From an uncultured Rikenellaceae bacterium (lineage in GTDB: Bacteria > Bacteroidota > Bacteroidia > Bacteroidales > VadinHA17), in the NCBI GenBank assembly GCA_964638955.1, contig CAZWZQ010000002.1:2883-66882 (forward strand): 64,000 nucleotides of DNA, given 5' to 3'. The notes below the pieces were generated by a model, which was given only the letters and a program-made list of their open reading frames with translations, was not told the DNA's origin and made no database searches. This document shows, one piece after another, positions 47,532 to 57,761 of the stretch (position 1 is its first letter; each line of letters begins with the position of its first letter). Made by a program: the position numbers and the translations under genes.

Positions 47532-49022
47532 ATGAGGTTAAAATCACTTTATACTATTATCATTTTCCTTGTCTCTTTTGTCACAAAGGTCACTGGCCAA
47601 CCGGACACTGAATCGCCCGTATCTCCTGTTCTTGATCTGGTAACTGTTAATCAGTTAACAGGTTATTCTGAGATATCATGGACGGCGAGCTCTTCGCCTG
47701 ATGTGACAGGATATGTGGTTTATGAATACATAAATAATGAAGGGTATTCTCTTGACACTATCCATAATCCCCTAATAACAAGCTACATACATAATAACCT
47801 CAAATCTTCCGAACTCTCTGTATCCTATGTAGTGGCAGCTTTTGACAGTGCAGGTAACATAAGTCCCCTGTCCAATTTCCTCAATACTGTTTTCTTAACT
47901 GCAAGTTTAGATACCTGTAATAAAAAGATAGAGCTGGATTGGAACAATTATCCATCAGACCCCAGGCAGGTAGAGAGCTACACTGTGCTTTATTCGGTAA
48001 ATGAAGGTATCTATTCGGAGGCAGGAACAATTCCGGGTGACAAAAGCAGCTTCTCAATAGATGATTTTTCACTTGATGTACAATATTGCTTTATCATAAG
48101 GGCAGATCTCGAAGGAGGTGTTTTTAGCCTCTCAAACAAAGCCTGCGTGAACACAAGAATGCAAAAGCCCCCGCAGTGGATAAATGCAGATTTTGCAACT
48201 GTGACTCAGGAAAATGACATCCTGCTTTCATTTAAGATAGATCCTTTGTCAGAGATCACTGAATATATCCTTGAAAGAAAAACTGGAACATCAGGCTCAT
48301 TTCAGGAAATTGAATATTTTCCTGACGAAACAGAATCATTATTATATACTGACACTGATGCAGATATCTCGAAAATTAATTACTACCGACTTTCTGCTGT
48401 CAACAGTTGTGATGTTGCGATAACCATATCGAATGTAGCCTCAAATATTGTACTCTCCCTGCAAAAAATTGAAAATGAATTACATCTTGCATGGAATCCA
48501 TATAAAGAGTGGAACGGCATAGTCGATATTTATAAGTTATTAATAAATACCAGAGGAACATATGAAGAGAGATATACAATTTCTTCTTATGATACGGCCT
48601 TTGCTATAGCATATTCTGATCTGATGTACGATGTGACAGGACAGGAGGTATGTTTTATTATCAAAGCATACGAAACAGCAAATCCTTACGGAGTATATGG
48701 GGAAAGCAGCTCATCATGTATCTGCACACCAGTTACTGAACGGATAACAGTCCCCAACCTGTTTACTCCCGATGAGGATCTCGTTAATGATCTTTTCAGT
48801 CCTGTTCTTTCATTCACACCGGCTGAATATCAACTTATAATAACCGACCTGAAAAGGAGAAGGATTTTTACAACCAGGGATTATGCGGAAAAATGGGATG
48901 GTACAGAAAACGGCGTTCCGGTTTCGGAAGGTGTTTTCTTATGGTTTTTAAACGTAACGGAGCCGTCAGGTGACAAAGTAATTAAAACCGGAACTGTTAC
49001 TGTTTACAGATCCCAAAAATGA
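47532..49022 (+). CDS. Secreted Ig/FN3-like repeat protein with a T9SS type-B (gliding-motility-associated) C-terminal sorting domain
   Basis: 496 aa with a signal peptide. The C-terminus reads VPNLFTPDEDLVNDLFSPV...EKWDGTENGVPVSEGVFLWFL...GTVTVYR, typical of type-B CTDs. It starts 2 nt after the M16 partner's stop codon. Confidence 0.75.
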   Translation: MRLKSLYTIIIFLVSFVTKVTGQPDTESPVSPVLDLVTVNQLTGYSEISWTASSSPDVTGYVVYEYINNEGYSLDTIHNPLITSYIHNNLKSSELSVSYVVAAFDSAGNISPLSNFLNTVFLTASLDTCNKKIELDWNNYPSDPRQVESYTVLYSVNEGIYSEAGTIPGDKSSFSIDDFSLDVQYCFIIRADLEGGVFSLSNKACVNTRMQKPPQWINADFATVTQENDILLSFKIDPLSEITEYILERKTGTSGSFQEIEYFPDETESLLYTDTDADISKINYYRLSAVNSCDVAITISNVASNIVLSLQKIENELHLAWNPYKEWNGIVDIYKLLINTRGTYEERYTISSYDTAFAIAYSDLMYDVTGQEVCFIIKAYETANPYGVYGESSSSCICTPVTERITVPNLFTPDEDLVNDLFSPVLSFTPAEYQLIITDLKRRRIFTTRDYAEKWDGTENGVPVSEGVFLWFLNVTEPSGDKVIKTGTVTVYRSQK

Positions 49023-49073
49023 TTTCCGGGAACTTCACCGCATGTACCCCTTCCAGAATTACGCGAATAAGAC

Positions 49074-49081
49074 TATATTTG
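49074..49081 (+). promoter_or_regulatory. Candidate -7 promoter box (TATATTTG) for relA/spoT
   Basis: Exact TAnnTTTG match, 32 nt upstream of the ATG at 49113. Confidence 0.35.
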
Positions 49082-49112
49082 TAAATTGCATAAAAAGTTG
49101 TCTTGAATATTT

Positions 49113-51359
49113 ATGGGGAACAAGGATATTTTTGATGAGGAGGATATAAAACAGATTCAGGATGAATATGATTCACTTGTAAATAATCTTCTGAGATGCG
49201 ATAAGAAAGGCGACAGGGAGATGATTGACAAAGCCTTCGGGATTGCCAACAAAGCTCACTGGAACATGCGTCGTAAATCGGGAGAACCTTATATTCTGCA
49301 TCCCATTGCCGTAGCAAAAATTGTAAACCAGGAGATCGGTCTTGGAGCTAAATCAATAACAACTGCATTGCTTCATGATGTAGTTGAAGACACCGATTAT
49401 TCGCTTGATAACGTAAAGAGGGATTTCGGGCTTAAGATCTCTTCTCTGATTGATGGTCTTACAAAGATCTCGGGCACATATGATAAGGAAAGCTCTTCGT
49501 CGATGCAGGCTGAAAACTTCAGGAAAATGCTGATGACGCTCTCTGACGATATGAGAGTCATTCTTATTAAGATAGCAGACCGCCTTCATAATATGAGGAC
49601 TCTCGATTCGCTACCCGAACATAAAAGGATGAAGGTTGCCGGTGAAACAATTTTCCTTTATGCACCACTTGCTCACCGGCTGGGTTTGTTTGCCATCAAG
49701 AGCGAACTCGAGGATCTCAGCTTTAAATTCCGGCAGCCTCATATCTATGAAGAAATCGCTTCAAAGCTTAAGTTAAGCGAAAAAAAGTACATGTCCTTTC
49801 TCAATAAATTCTCATTCCCCATAATAGACAAATTAACAGAAGCAGGCTTTAAATTCGATATCAGCAGCCGTCCAAAATCGGTATTCTCCATTTGGAAGAA
49901 GATGCAGGCAAAAAATGTTCCTTTCGAGGAGATTTACGATGTACTTGCGGTAAGGATAGTATTTGAACCCATACCTGACACTCCTGAAAAAACCCAATGC
50001 TGGAATATCTATTCAATGATCACCGATTCATATCTGCCCAAACCTGACCGTTTACGTGACTGGGTGAGCCGTCCAAAACCTAATGGGTATGAAGCTCTGC
50101 ATGTGACAGTTATGGGCCCCGAAGGGAAATGGGTTGAGGTACAGATAAGAAGTACGAGAATGGATGAGATAGCTGAAAGAGGCTATGCAGCACACTGGAA
50201 ATATAAGGGAGACGGGGCACAGGAGAGTGAGCTTGATAAATGGATAAAAAAGATAAGGCTCATGCTCGAAAATCCGCTTGAGGATCCTATTGAATTCCTC
50301 GACGAATTCAAGATGAACCTGTTCTCTTCCGAAATCATGGTATTCACCCCAAAAGGAAAGCTGGTAAGTCTCCCAAAGGGGGCATCTGCACTCGATTTTG
50401 CTTATGAGATACACACCGAAATTGGCAACAAGGCTATCGGAGCCAAAATAAACTATAAGCTCAATCCCATAAGTGCCGTGCTTATGAGCGGTGACCAGGT
50501 GGAGATAATAACCTCTGATATTGCAAAACCCGAAAAGGAGTGGCTTTCGTTTGTAAGAACATCAAAAGCCAAAGAAGCAATAAAGAGTGCGTTAAGAACA
50601 GAAACGACAAACAGGGTACAAAAAGGCATGGAAATACTAGAGGAGAAACTGAAAGAGATTGGCGTTACTCCTAACCCCGAAGTATTGAAGAAGCTGCTGC
50701 TTACCTACGATGTACTGAACAAAGATGAACTTTATGCAGGTATCGAACTGGATATTATTAACCTCGATAACCTGAAAAAAATATTAAAGAAAACCACTTC
50801 TAAAAGTGTTATCAAATACTGGGATCTTAAATTCATTGGAGCAAAGAAAGAGGCTAAAGAAACCGGGAAACCACCTGAAAAAATTGACACAAGTGTTCCT
50901 TTCCTTCTCCGGGAAAATGTTGAAAATGCGGAGCAATCCTATGAAATAGCATCGTGTTGTAATCCAATACCCGGTGATAAAGTCATGGGTTACCTTTCTC
51001 CTGAAGGCACTATCGTAATCCATAAACCCAAATGCCATGAGGCAATCAGACTGATGTCAAATGAAGGACACAGAATAATTTCCGTAAAATGGGCGATACA
51101 TAAACTCGTATCCTTCCTGGCAAGGATCAGTATAAACGGCATTGACAGGATAGGTCTGGTTAACGAGATCACAAATATTATTTCATCTCAACTGAAAGTA
51201 AATATGACAAATGTTAATTTCTCAGTCAAGGATGGAATATTCTCAGGAACAATAGATGTATATGTACATCATACAAAGGATATTAACAACCTGATACTGA
51301 AGATCTCCAATATCAAAGGCATTGAGAGTGTAGCAAGAGTTGAAGATTTCAAAAAATAA
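49113..51359 (+). CDS. relA: Bifunctional (p)ppGpp synthetase/hydrolase (RelA/SpoT homologue)
   Basis: 748 aa. The HD hydrolase motif is LLHDVVEDT, the synthetase region is RPKSVFSIWKKM...YEALHVTV, and TGS and ACT domains are present. Confidence 0.9.
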   Translation: MGNKDIFDEEDIKQIQDEYDSLVNNLLRCDKKGDREMIDKAFGIANKAHWNMRRKSGEPYILHPIAVAKIVNQEIGLGAKSITTALLHDVVEDTDYSLDNVKRDFGLKISSLIDGLTKISGTYDKESSSSMQAENFRKMLMTLSDDMRVILIKIADRLHNMRTLDSLPEHKRMKVAGETIFLYAPLAHRLGLFAIKSELEDLSFKFRQPHIYEEIASKLKLSEKKYMSFLNKFSFPIIDKLTEAGFKFDISSRPKSVFSIWKKMQAKNVPFEEIYDVLAVRIVFEPIPDTPEKTQCWNIYSMITDSYLPKPDRLRDWVSRPKPNGYEALHVTVMGPEGKWVEVQIRSTRMDEIAERGYAAHWKYKGDGAQESELDKWIKKIRLMLENPLEDPIEFLDEFKMNLFSSEIMVFTPKGKLVSLPKGASALDFAYEIHTEIGNKAIGAKINYKLNPISAVLMSGDQVEIITSDIAKPEKEWLSFVRTSKAKEAIKSALRTETTNRVQKGMEILEEKLKEIGVTPNPEVLKKLLLTYDVLNKDELYAGIELDIINLDNLKKILKKTTSKSVIKYWDLKFIGAKKEAKETGKPPEKIDTSVPFLLRENVENAEQSYEIASCCNPIPGDKVMGYLSPEGTIVIHKPKCHEAIRLMSNEGHRIISVKWAIHKLVSFLARISINGIDRIGLVNEITNIISSQLKVNMTNVNFSVKDGIFSGTIDVYVHHTKDINNLILKISNIKGIESVARVEDFKK

Positions 51360-51403
51360 TCCGTGACATTTATCTGATTATATATTCTGAACAGAAAAAT
51401 GCA

Positions 51404-51411
51404 TATTTTTG
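51404..51411 (+). promoter_or_regulatory. Candidate -7 promoter box (TATTTTTG) for fur
   Basis: Exact TAnnTTTG match, 22 nt upstream of the ATG at 51433. Confidence 0.35.
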
Positions 51412-51432
51412 CTATTTTAAATTAGACCAAAT

Positions 51433-51894
51433 ATGATTAGTGATGATGCAAAAATAACGGTTAAGAGAATCTTCACTGAGTATCTTGAAAAAAGAGGTCA
51501 CAGGAAAACTCCGGAAAGATATGCTATTCTCGATGAAATATATTCACGATCAGGACATTTCGATATTGAATCTCTCTATATTTTCATGAAAAACAAGAAT
51601 TACAGGGTAAGCCGGGCAACTCTTTACAATACTATTGACCTGCTTTTGGATTGTAATCTTGTTGTAAAACACCAGTTTGGTAAAAATATAGCTCAGTTTG
51701 AGAGGGCTTTCCAATGCAGTCAGCATGATCACCTGATTGATGTTGAAACAGGTAATGTAACTGAATTTTGTGATCCAAGGATCAATGAGATAATAAGAAC
51801 GGCGTGTGAGCTGAATAATTTCACACCCCGTTATCATTCGCTGTATATCTATGGTATCTCAGGTGAAAAGAAACACGATAAGAAAAAGCCATAG
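51433..51894 (+). CDS. fur: Fur family transcriptional repressor
   Basis: 153 aa with a winged-helix N-terminus ([13 protein letters not shown]...[12 protein letters not shown]) and the metal-site-like [11 protein letters not shown]. The fur-purA adjacency is common in Bacteroidota. Confidence 0.8.
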   Translation: MISDDAKITVKRIFTEYLEKRGHRKTPERYAILDEIYSRSGHFDIESLYIFMKNKNYRVSRATLYNTIDLLLDCNLVVKHQFGKNIAQFERAFQCSQHDHLIDVETGNVTEFCDPRINEIIRTACELNNFTPRYHSLYIYGISGEKKHDKKKP

Positions 51895-52002
51895 CATTTT
51901 CAGAAAGTACAGGATGCAGAAAAAAGCGGTTGCATGCCTGTCAGTCAATTTGAATAATTTTGTAACTTGTGACCACTAATCTTAAAATAAGATATTCATA
52001 AC

Positions 52003-53271
52003 ATGAACATTGACATTCTGTTAGGTCTGCAATGGGGTGATGAGGGCAAAGGCAAAATAGTTGATGCTATTAGTCCGGGTTATGATATTATAGCCCGTTT
52101 TCAGGGTGGACCTAATGCAGGACATTCCCTTGAGATCAACAACGTAAAACATGTACTGCATCTTATCCCGTCGGGCATTTTTCACCCCGACAAGTTAAAT
52201 GTAATAGGTAATGGTGTTGTAATTGACCCGGCAGTATTTAAGGAAGAGATTGATAACCTGGGACCTGCTGTGGATGAGCTTGTTAAAAGGCTGGTGATTT
52301 CGGCGAGGGCAAATCTTATTCTGCCGGGGCACAGAATTCTCGATGCAGCTATTGAACTCAGCAAAGGAAATACCAAAATAGGATCAACCCTCAAAGGTAT
52401 CGGACCCGCATATACAGATAAGGTAGCACGTAACGGGCTTCGTGCGGGAGAAATTCTGAAAAAAGATTTCAGGGAGGCATACAATAATAACCTGAAGCGA
52501 CATCTTTCCCTTTTGAAAAGCTATGACCTCAATTATGAACTCGCTGAATATGAGGCAGGATGGTTCGAAGGTATTGAACTCCTTAAGAGGTTTCGGATCA
52601 CAAACACTGAATATCTCATCAATAATCTTATATCCAGCGGGAAAAAGCTGCTAGCTGAAGGAGCACAGGGCACCATGCTTGACATTGATTTTGGTTCATA
52701 CCCCTATGTAACCTCTTCAAATACTATCAGTGCAGGTGCATGTACCGGTCTGGGAATTGCACCAAAGAAAATTGGCGAGGTATTCGGTATTTCCAAGGCA
52801 TATTGTACAAGGGTAGGAAGCGGCCCCTTCCCTACCGAGCTTAACAATCAAACCGGCATGGTTTTAAGAGAAAGAGGCTTTGAATTCGGCGCCACAACCG
52901 GACGCCCCCGACGTTGCGGATGGCTCGACCTGCCGGCACTTAAATATGCCATCATGATTAACGGGGTTACACAATTATTTATCACCAAGAGTGATGTAAT
53001 GTCAGGATTTGAGACTGTTAAAATATGTACATCGTATATTTCTGAAGGCAGGGAATGCCCCGAGATTCCATTCAACAACTTGCCTATGGAACCAGTATAC
53101 CGTGAATTCCCGGGCTGGAAGGAAGATATCTCAGAAATTAGAGAATATGACAAGCTTCCGGAAAACCTGAAAAAATACATCGGATTCATCGAAGAGCAAA
53201 CGGGAATTCCCGTAACAATGGTTTCTGTAGGGCCTGACAGGAAGGAGACTATATTCAGGAAAAGAAATTAA
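52003..53271 (+). CDS. purA: Adenylosuccinate synthase
   Basis: 422 aa. Motifs seen: GLQWGDEGKGKIVD, GGPNAGHS, GTTGRPRRCGW. Confidence 0.95.
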   Translation: MNIDILLGLQWGDEGKGKIVDAISPGYDIIARFQGGPNAGHSLEINNVKHVLHLIPSGIFHPDKLNVIGNGVVIDPAVFKEEIDNLGPAVDELVKRLVISARANLILPGHRILDAAIELSKGNTKIGSTLKGIGPAYTDKVARNGLRAGEILKKDFREAYNNNLKRHLSLLKSYDLNYELAEYEAGWFEGIELLKRFRITNTEYLINNLISSGKKLLAEGAQGTMLDIDFGSYPYVTSSNTISAGACTGLGIAPKKIGEVFGISKAYCTRVGSGPFPTELNNQTGMVLRERGFEFGATTGRPRRCGWLDLPALKYAIMINGVTQLFITKSDVMSGFETVKICTSYISEGRECPEIPFNNLPMEPVYREFPGWKEDISEIREYDKLPENLKKYIGFIEEQTGIPVTMVSVGPDRKETIFRKRN

Positions 53272-53280
53272 GTACTATAC

Positions 53281-53751
53281 TTATTTTACAACATACAGCC
53301 AGGCTCCTATCTCAATATTATCCTGAAAATATTGAAGGCGTTCAACAGCCGTTCTGAAGTTTTCATAGGCTTCGGCTGATACAAGTTCGAACCTGCCTCC
53401 TTCCATTTTAATTATCCTTACATCATACCCTTTCTGGCGGTATGTTTCAGCATGATCCCTGGCATACTGTGGAGTAATAAAACTGCCAACAATAATGTTG
53501 TATTTATTTTTCAGCTCCAAGGCTCTCTTTTCTTCAGCAATCCTTATCGAATCGAGTCTGGCATCTTCGATCGCCTGTAAGCGTTCCTGTACTTTCCTTA
53601 TGGAATCTGTCACTCTAATACTGTCTTGCCTGGCTTGCCAAACAGCCATTGTGTCGGCTTTTTTGCCAAATAATTTCTTACCCTTAAAATACTTGCAGCC
53701 CGGAAGAGCTACCAGCATGAGTACCAGTATCAATGCTGTTAAATGTCTCAT
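53281..53751 (-). CDS. Lipoprotein with a C-terminal SPOR-like domain
   Basis: 156 aa. The lipobox is LVALPGCKY. The C-terminal region YNIIVGSFITPQYARDHAETYRQKGYDVRII...FELVSAEAY resembles a SPOR fold. Confidence 0.55.
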   Translation of the reverse strand: MRHLTALILVLMLVALPGCKYFKGKKLFGKKADTMAVWQARQDSIRVTDSIRKVQERLQAIEDARLDSIRIAEEKRALELKNKYNIIVGSFITPQYARDHAETYRQKGYDVRIIKMEGGRFELVSAEAYENFRTAVERLQYFQDNIEIGAWLYVVK

Positions 53752-53927
53752 ATTAAATATATTAATTATTAATATTTATCTTCCTATCACAGGACAGGAT
53801 AATATTCAAATATACAAAATATTGAAAACCAATCCAAATGATAATAAAGCTTCCTTAAATGTAATAATATAAGGGATTTTGTATATTAGGGAGGTGAAAT
53901 TAAAAGGATATCCTAAAGACTTAACAA

Positions 53928-55841
53928 ATGAAATCAATAATCCAATTTTTCGAAGAGAGTGTGGAAAATTTCAGCAGCAATGTTTACCTGTGGGAAAAAC
54001 CTGCTGAAAAGTATGAAGGGACGACCTATGGTGAGACAAAAAAGCAGGTTTATGAATTTGCGGCAGGTCTGATGAACCTGGGAGTAAAAAAAGGTGACAG
54101 GCTGAGCCTGATCTCTGAAGGACGCAACAGCTGGGTTATAGGAGAGCTTGGCATATTTTATGCGGGAGCCTTTAATGTGCCTCTGTCAACAAAGCTGAAC
54201 CCTGAAGAGATTAAATTTCGTCTTAACCATTCAGAATCAAAGATGATATTAACGTCATCCATTCAGGCTCAGAAGCTGAAAGAGATAATTAATGACTGCC
54301 CGTTTGTTGAAAAAATTATACACTTCGATACACAGGAAGAATATGCACCAAATGAGATCCATTTCAACGAGGTAAGAAAAATAGGCAGGGAATGGCTTCA
54401 ATCAAAGGAGAATTTGTCAAAATTTGAAGCTAACTATAAGAGCATTACTCCTTCCAGTTTTGCCAATATTTGTTATACTTCCGGAACCACGGCCGATCCC
54501 AAGGGTATTATCCTGACACACGGTAATTATGTAACTAATGTTTATCAGGCCTATAGTTTAATGGATATACCTTCATTCTACAAAACACTTCTTATCCTGC
54601 CATGGGATCACTCATTCGGGCATACATGCGGTATTTTTGCGTTCATGGGCAAAGGTGCAAGCATTGCATCGGTAAAAACGGGCAAAACACCAATAGAGAC
54701 TCTACGGAACCTGCCTGTATGCCTTAAGGAGATTAAACCCAATCTCATGATGAGTGTACCGGCAATTGCCAAAAACTTCAGGAAAAATATAGAAAAAGGT
54801 ATCAGCGAAAAAGGGAAGCTGACAGATATGCTTTTCAGGCATGCCCTTAAGATGGCATATTCATATAACAAGGAGGGATGGAACAAAGGAAAAGGGCTGC
54901 AGAAGTTGAAAAAACCATTTCTTAATTTATATGATAAGCTCATTTTTAGTAAAGTACGTGAAGCCTACGGCGGAGAGTTGGATTATTTCATCGGTGGCGG
55001 CGCTCTCCTTGATATTGAGCTTCAACGTTTTTTTTATGCCCTCGGTATTCCGATGTACCAGGGATACGGACTCAGTGAAGCCTCCCCGGTTATCTCATCC
55101 AATTCCACTGCAAGGCACAGGCTGGGATCATCAGGAGTACTTGTAAATAATATGGATCTTATGATATGCGATGATGATGGTAATGAACTTCCTGTGGGAG
55201 AAAAAGGAGAAATAGTGATCAGAGGAGGTAATGTGATGCACGGATACTGGAAAAACGAGGCAGCAACAAAAGAAGCAATAAGAGACGGCTGGCTCCATAC
55301 AGGTGATATGGGTTACATGACAAAAGAGGGTTACCTGTACGTGCTGGGTCGTTTTAAAAGCCTTCTTATTGCAGATGATGGAGAAAAATTCAGTCCTGAA
55401 GGTATCGAGGAGACAATGACGGAACAGTCAAAGTACATCGATCAGTGCATGCTCTATAATAACCAGAAACCATATACCGTTGCGCTGATAGTTCCTAACC
55501 AGACTGCTCTGAAGCTTTATCTTGAGGAAAAGAACCTCATTGCTGCCTCAGAAGAGGGGAAACGGATAGTACTTATACTGCTGGAAAATGAGATCAACGA
55601 ATACAGGACTAACGGCAAATACGGAAATATATTTCCGGAGAGATGGCTCCCTGTGGCTATTGGTATTATTGAAGAAGGTTTTACAGAAGAAAACGGTTTG
55701 ATGAATTCAACAATGAAAATAGTCAGAGGTAAGATCATGGATAAATACCAGGACCTTATTGATTTTCTGTATACTCCTATAGCCAAGGTAGTTACAAACG
55801 AAAGGAATATTGAGGAAGTCGAAAAAATGAAACTGGGATAG
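53928..55841 (+). CDS. AMP-dependent synthetase/ligase (long-chain fatty acid-CoA ligase type)
   Basis: 637 aa. The AMP-binding motif is YTSGTTADPKGIILTH and the later motifs are GYGLSEA and GWLHTGDMGY. Confidence 0.85.
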   Translation: MKSIIQFFEESVENFSSNVYLWEKPAEKYEGTTYGETKKQVYEFAAGLMNLGVKKGDRLSLISEGRNSWVIGELGIFYAGAFNVPLSTKLNPEEIKFRLNHSESKMILTSSIQAQKLKEIINDCPFVEKIIHFDTQEEYAPNEIHFNEVRKIGREWLQSKENLSKFEANYKSITPSSFANICYTSGTTADPKGIILTHGNYVTNVYQAYSLMDIPSFYKTLLILPWDHSFGHTCGIFAFMGKGASIASVKTGKTPIETLRNLPVCLKEIKPNLMMSVPAIAKNFRKNIEKGISEKGKLTDMLFRHALKMAYSYNKEGWNKGKGLQKLKKPFLNLYDKLIFSKVREAYGGELDYFIGGGALLDIELQRFFYALGIPMYQGYGLSEASPVISSNSTARHRLGSSGVLVNNMDLMICDDDGNELPVGEKGEIVIRGGNVMHGYWKNEAATKEAIRDGWLHTGDMGYMTKEGYLYVLGRFKSLLIADDGEKFSPEGIEETMTEQSKYIDQCMLYNNQKPYTVALIVPNQTALKLYLEEKNLIAASEEGKRIVLILLENEINEYRTNGKYGNIFPERWLPVAIGIIEEGFTEENGLMNSTMKIVRGKIMDKYQDLIDFLYTPIAKVVTNERNIEEVEKMKLG

Positions 55842-55854
55842 CGGCATTCAGAGG

Positions 55855-56403
55855 CTATGTTAACCTGCTCTTGAAAGGAAGGAATGTCATGAAATCGGCA
55901 TGATGAACAATATATGCCTCTGTTGTTCTTTTAACAAGATCGCCTTCATAAGCATGTGCTGCTATTATATGGCACACCTCCGGCGGTATGCCGCACTCCT
56001 CAGCAAGAGAGACTCCTGAAAAGGGATGCCGCAGGTATTGCCCATATTTCCCCTGACAAGCCTTACCTTCATTATCAAGCTCATACTCAAGTAGTTTTCC
56101 GACATCAGCCAGTATGGCTCCGGATATCAGGACATCCATATTAACCGGTAATTCACTGCCAAAGAACTGGTTTATTTTTTCCCCGCTCGCCCTTGCCACA
56201 TGAACTACACATCTCTTATGAGCCATAAAGCTAACCTTCAGATCGGAGCCGAAAAGCAAGGTAAAAGGAATTTGTTCGAGGTCTTCGGTTGTCAGCACGC
56301 TCCTTTCAAGCGCCAGTTCCCATGTTTTTGCTGTTTTTTCCCTGAGCGACTCATCACTTATCCAGTCAAGCTCCGGCCATAACTTCTTTATCGTATCATT
56401 CAT
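55855..56403 (-). CDS. HD-superfamily domain protein with an atypical metal-binding dyad
   Basis: 182 aa. HD-like spacing reads AHKRCVVHV ... GAILADVGK ... HHADF. The canonical HD doublet position reads AD. Confidence 0.6.
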   Translation of the reverse strand: MNDTIKKLWPELDWISDESLREKTAKTWELALERSVLTTEDLEQIPFTLLFGSDLKVSFMAHKRCVVHVARASGEKINQFFGSELPVNMDVLISGAILADVGKLLEYELDNEGKACQGKYGQYLRHPFSGVSLAEECGIPPEVCHIIAAHAYEGDLVKRTTEAYIVHHADFMTFLPFKSRLT

Positions 56404-56415
56404 CTTACACTTTTT

Positions 56416-57612
56416 TTACTTTAACGCCGCAATTATCGCATCAGTCATTTCGACTGTTGAGGCTGCACCATTATTAATGACCTCCGGGCTGCCCTGCATC
56501 TTCATCATATCATAAGTTTTTACCTTCCCCTCTTCAATCACTGCCGCAATAGCTTTACGAATTGACTGGCATGTCTTATTCTCACCCAGATAATCAAGCA
56601 TCATGCATGCAGATTCTATCATAGCAACCGGATTTACAATTGATACTTCATATTGTGCATATTTAGGTGCGGAACCATGAGTCGGTTCAAATACTGCAAT
56701 ACCATCCGATGAAAACTGGGCACTGCAGGCAAAGCCCAGTCCTCCGATAAGACCGGCAAAAGCGTCTGAAGCTATATCTCCAAACATGTTACCAGCCACG
56801 ATAACTCCATAATCCTCAGGGTTCTTGGTAAGCCACATCATCTGAGCATCAATATTGGTATTATTTAATCTGATACCAGGGAATGAGTTTTTCCGTATCT
56901 CCCTGGCGAGCTTCCACATTAAGCCTGATGTCTCTCTCACCACATTTGGTTTTTCACATACAGTAACTGACTTATAACCATACTTACCGGCATATTCAAA
57001 AGCTGCCTGTAGTATCCTTTTTGTGGCCTTTTTTGTAAAGATCCTTGTTGATATTGAAAGTTCCTCAACAGGAACCTTCCCAAAGTTTTTGCTGAATTTA
57101 GGATGGGTCATAAAAGCTTTATAGACTTCTTCAGGGGGATTGGTCCATTCCACTCCTGAATAAAGACACTCTGTATTCTGACGGAATATGACAACATCAA
57201 TGAAGGGTTCTTCAATAGTATTTCCACCTCCTCTTCTAATGAAATTAAGAGGATTCCCTTTATAAGATTTACACGGCCGGACACAGATGTCGAGATTGAA
57301 ATGCTGTCGTAATCCCACTATCGGGCTGGAATAGGCAAAGCCCTTCCCCTGCAAAGAGGGATCGAGTTCAGCATTCGCCTCATCCTCTGGTTTTGATGTT
57401 ATAGCTCCGAAAAGCGCAATTTTATGCTTATCAATAAGATCGAGTGTTCTCTGCGGAAGAGGATCCCCCTCTTTACACCAGAATTCCCAGCCAATATCTC
57501 CGTAAATATATTCTGCATCAAATCCTGCCGCCTCAAGCACTCTGACAGCCTGCCTGAGAACGATACCCCCGATACCGTCTCCCGGAAGGGCCACTATTGT
57601 CCTTTTTACCAT
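56416..57612 (-). CDS. Isocitrate/isopropylmalate dehydrogenase family protein (substrate not assignable from sequence)
   Basis: 398 aa. Motifs seen: IVALPGDGIG and NMFGDIASDAFAGLIGGLG. It lies 12 nt upstream of the HD-domain gene on the same strand. Confidence 0.8.
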   Translation of the reverse strand: MVKRTIVALPGDGIGGIVLRQAVRVLEAAGFDAEYIYGDIGWEFWCKEGDPLPQRTLDLIDKHKIALFGAITSKPEDEANAELDPSLQGKGFAYSSPIVGLRQHFNLDICVRPCKSYKGNPLNFIRRGGGNTIEEPFIDVVIFRQNTECLYSGVEWTNPPEEVYKAFMTHPKFSKNFGKVPVEELSISTRIFTKKATKRILQAAFEYAGKYGYKSVTVCEKPNVVRETSGLMWKLAREIRKNSFPGIRLNNTNIDAQMMWLTKNPEDYGVIVAGNMFGDIASDAFAGLIGGLGFACSAQFSSDGIAVFEPTHGSAPKYAQYEVSIVNPVAMIESACMMLDYLGENKTCQSIRKAIAAVIEEGKVKTYDMMKMQGSPEVINNGAASTVEMTDAIIAALK

Positions 57613-57761
57613 ATTCCTGTTATTAATTAAGAATTAACCGTTAGTAAAAATAACGAAAATTTACCTTGGGAAAAAACGAAGATTTAATTTATTAAGCATG
57701 CTGTGAGGTTCGGAAATTTTAAGTACTTTCGTGCACTGTTTTCGACTTATTATAAGATAGA

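Noticed and set aside
51910-51942. Imperfect hairpin (ACAGG-ATGCA ... TGCAT-g-CCTGT) after fur, considered as a terminator or a purA leader element
   Set aside because: It has a bulged stem, a 12-nt loop and no following U-tract. I found no match to a purine or other riboswitch.
51956-51962. TAATTTG upstream of purA, considered as a -7 box
   Set aside because: On recount it has only TTG, not TTTG, after the two variable positions, so it is not an exact TAnnTTTG match.
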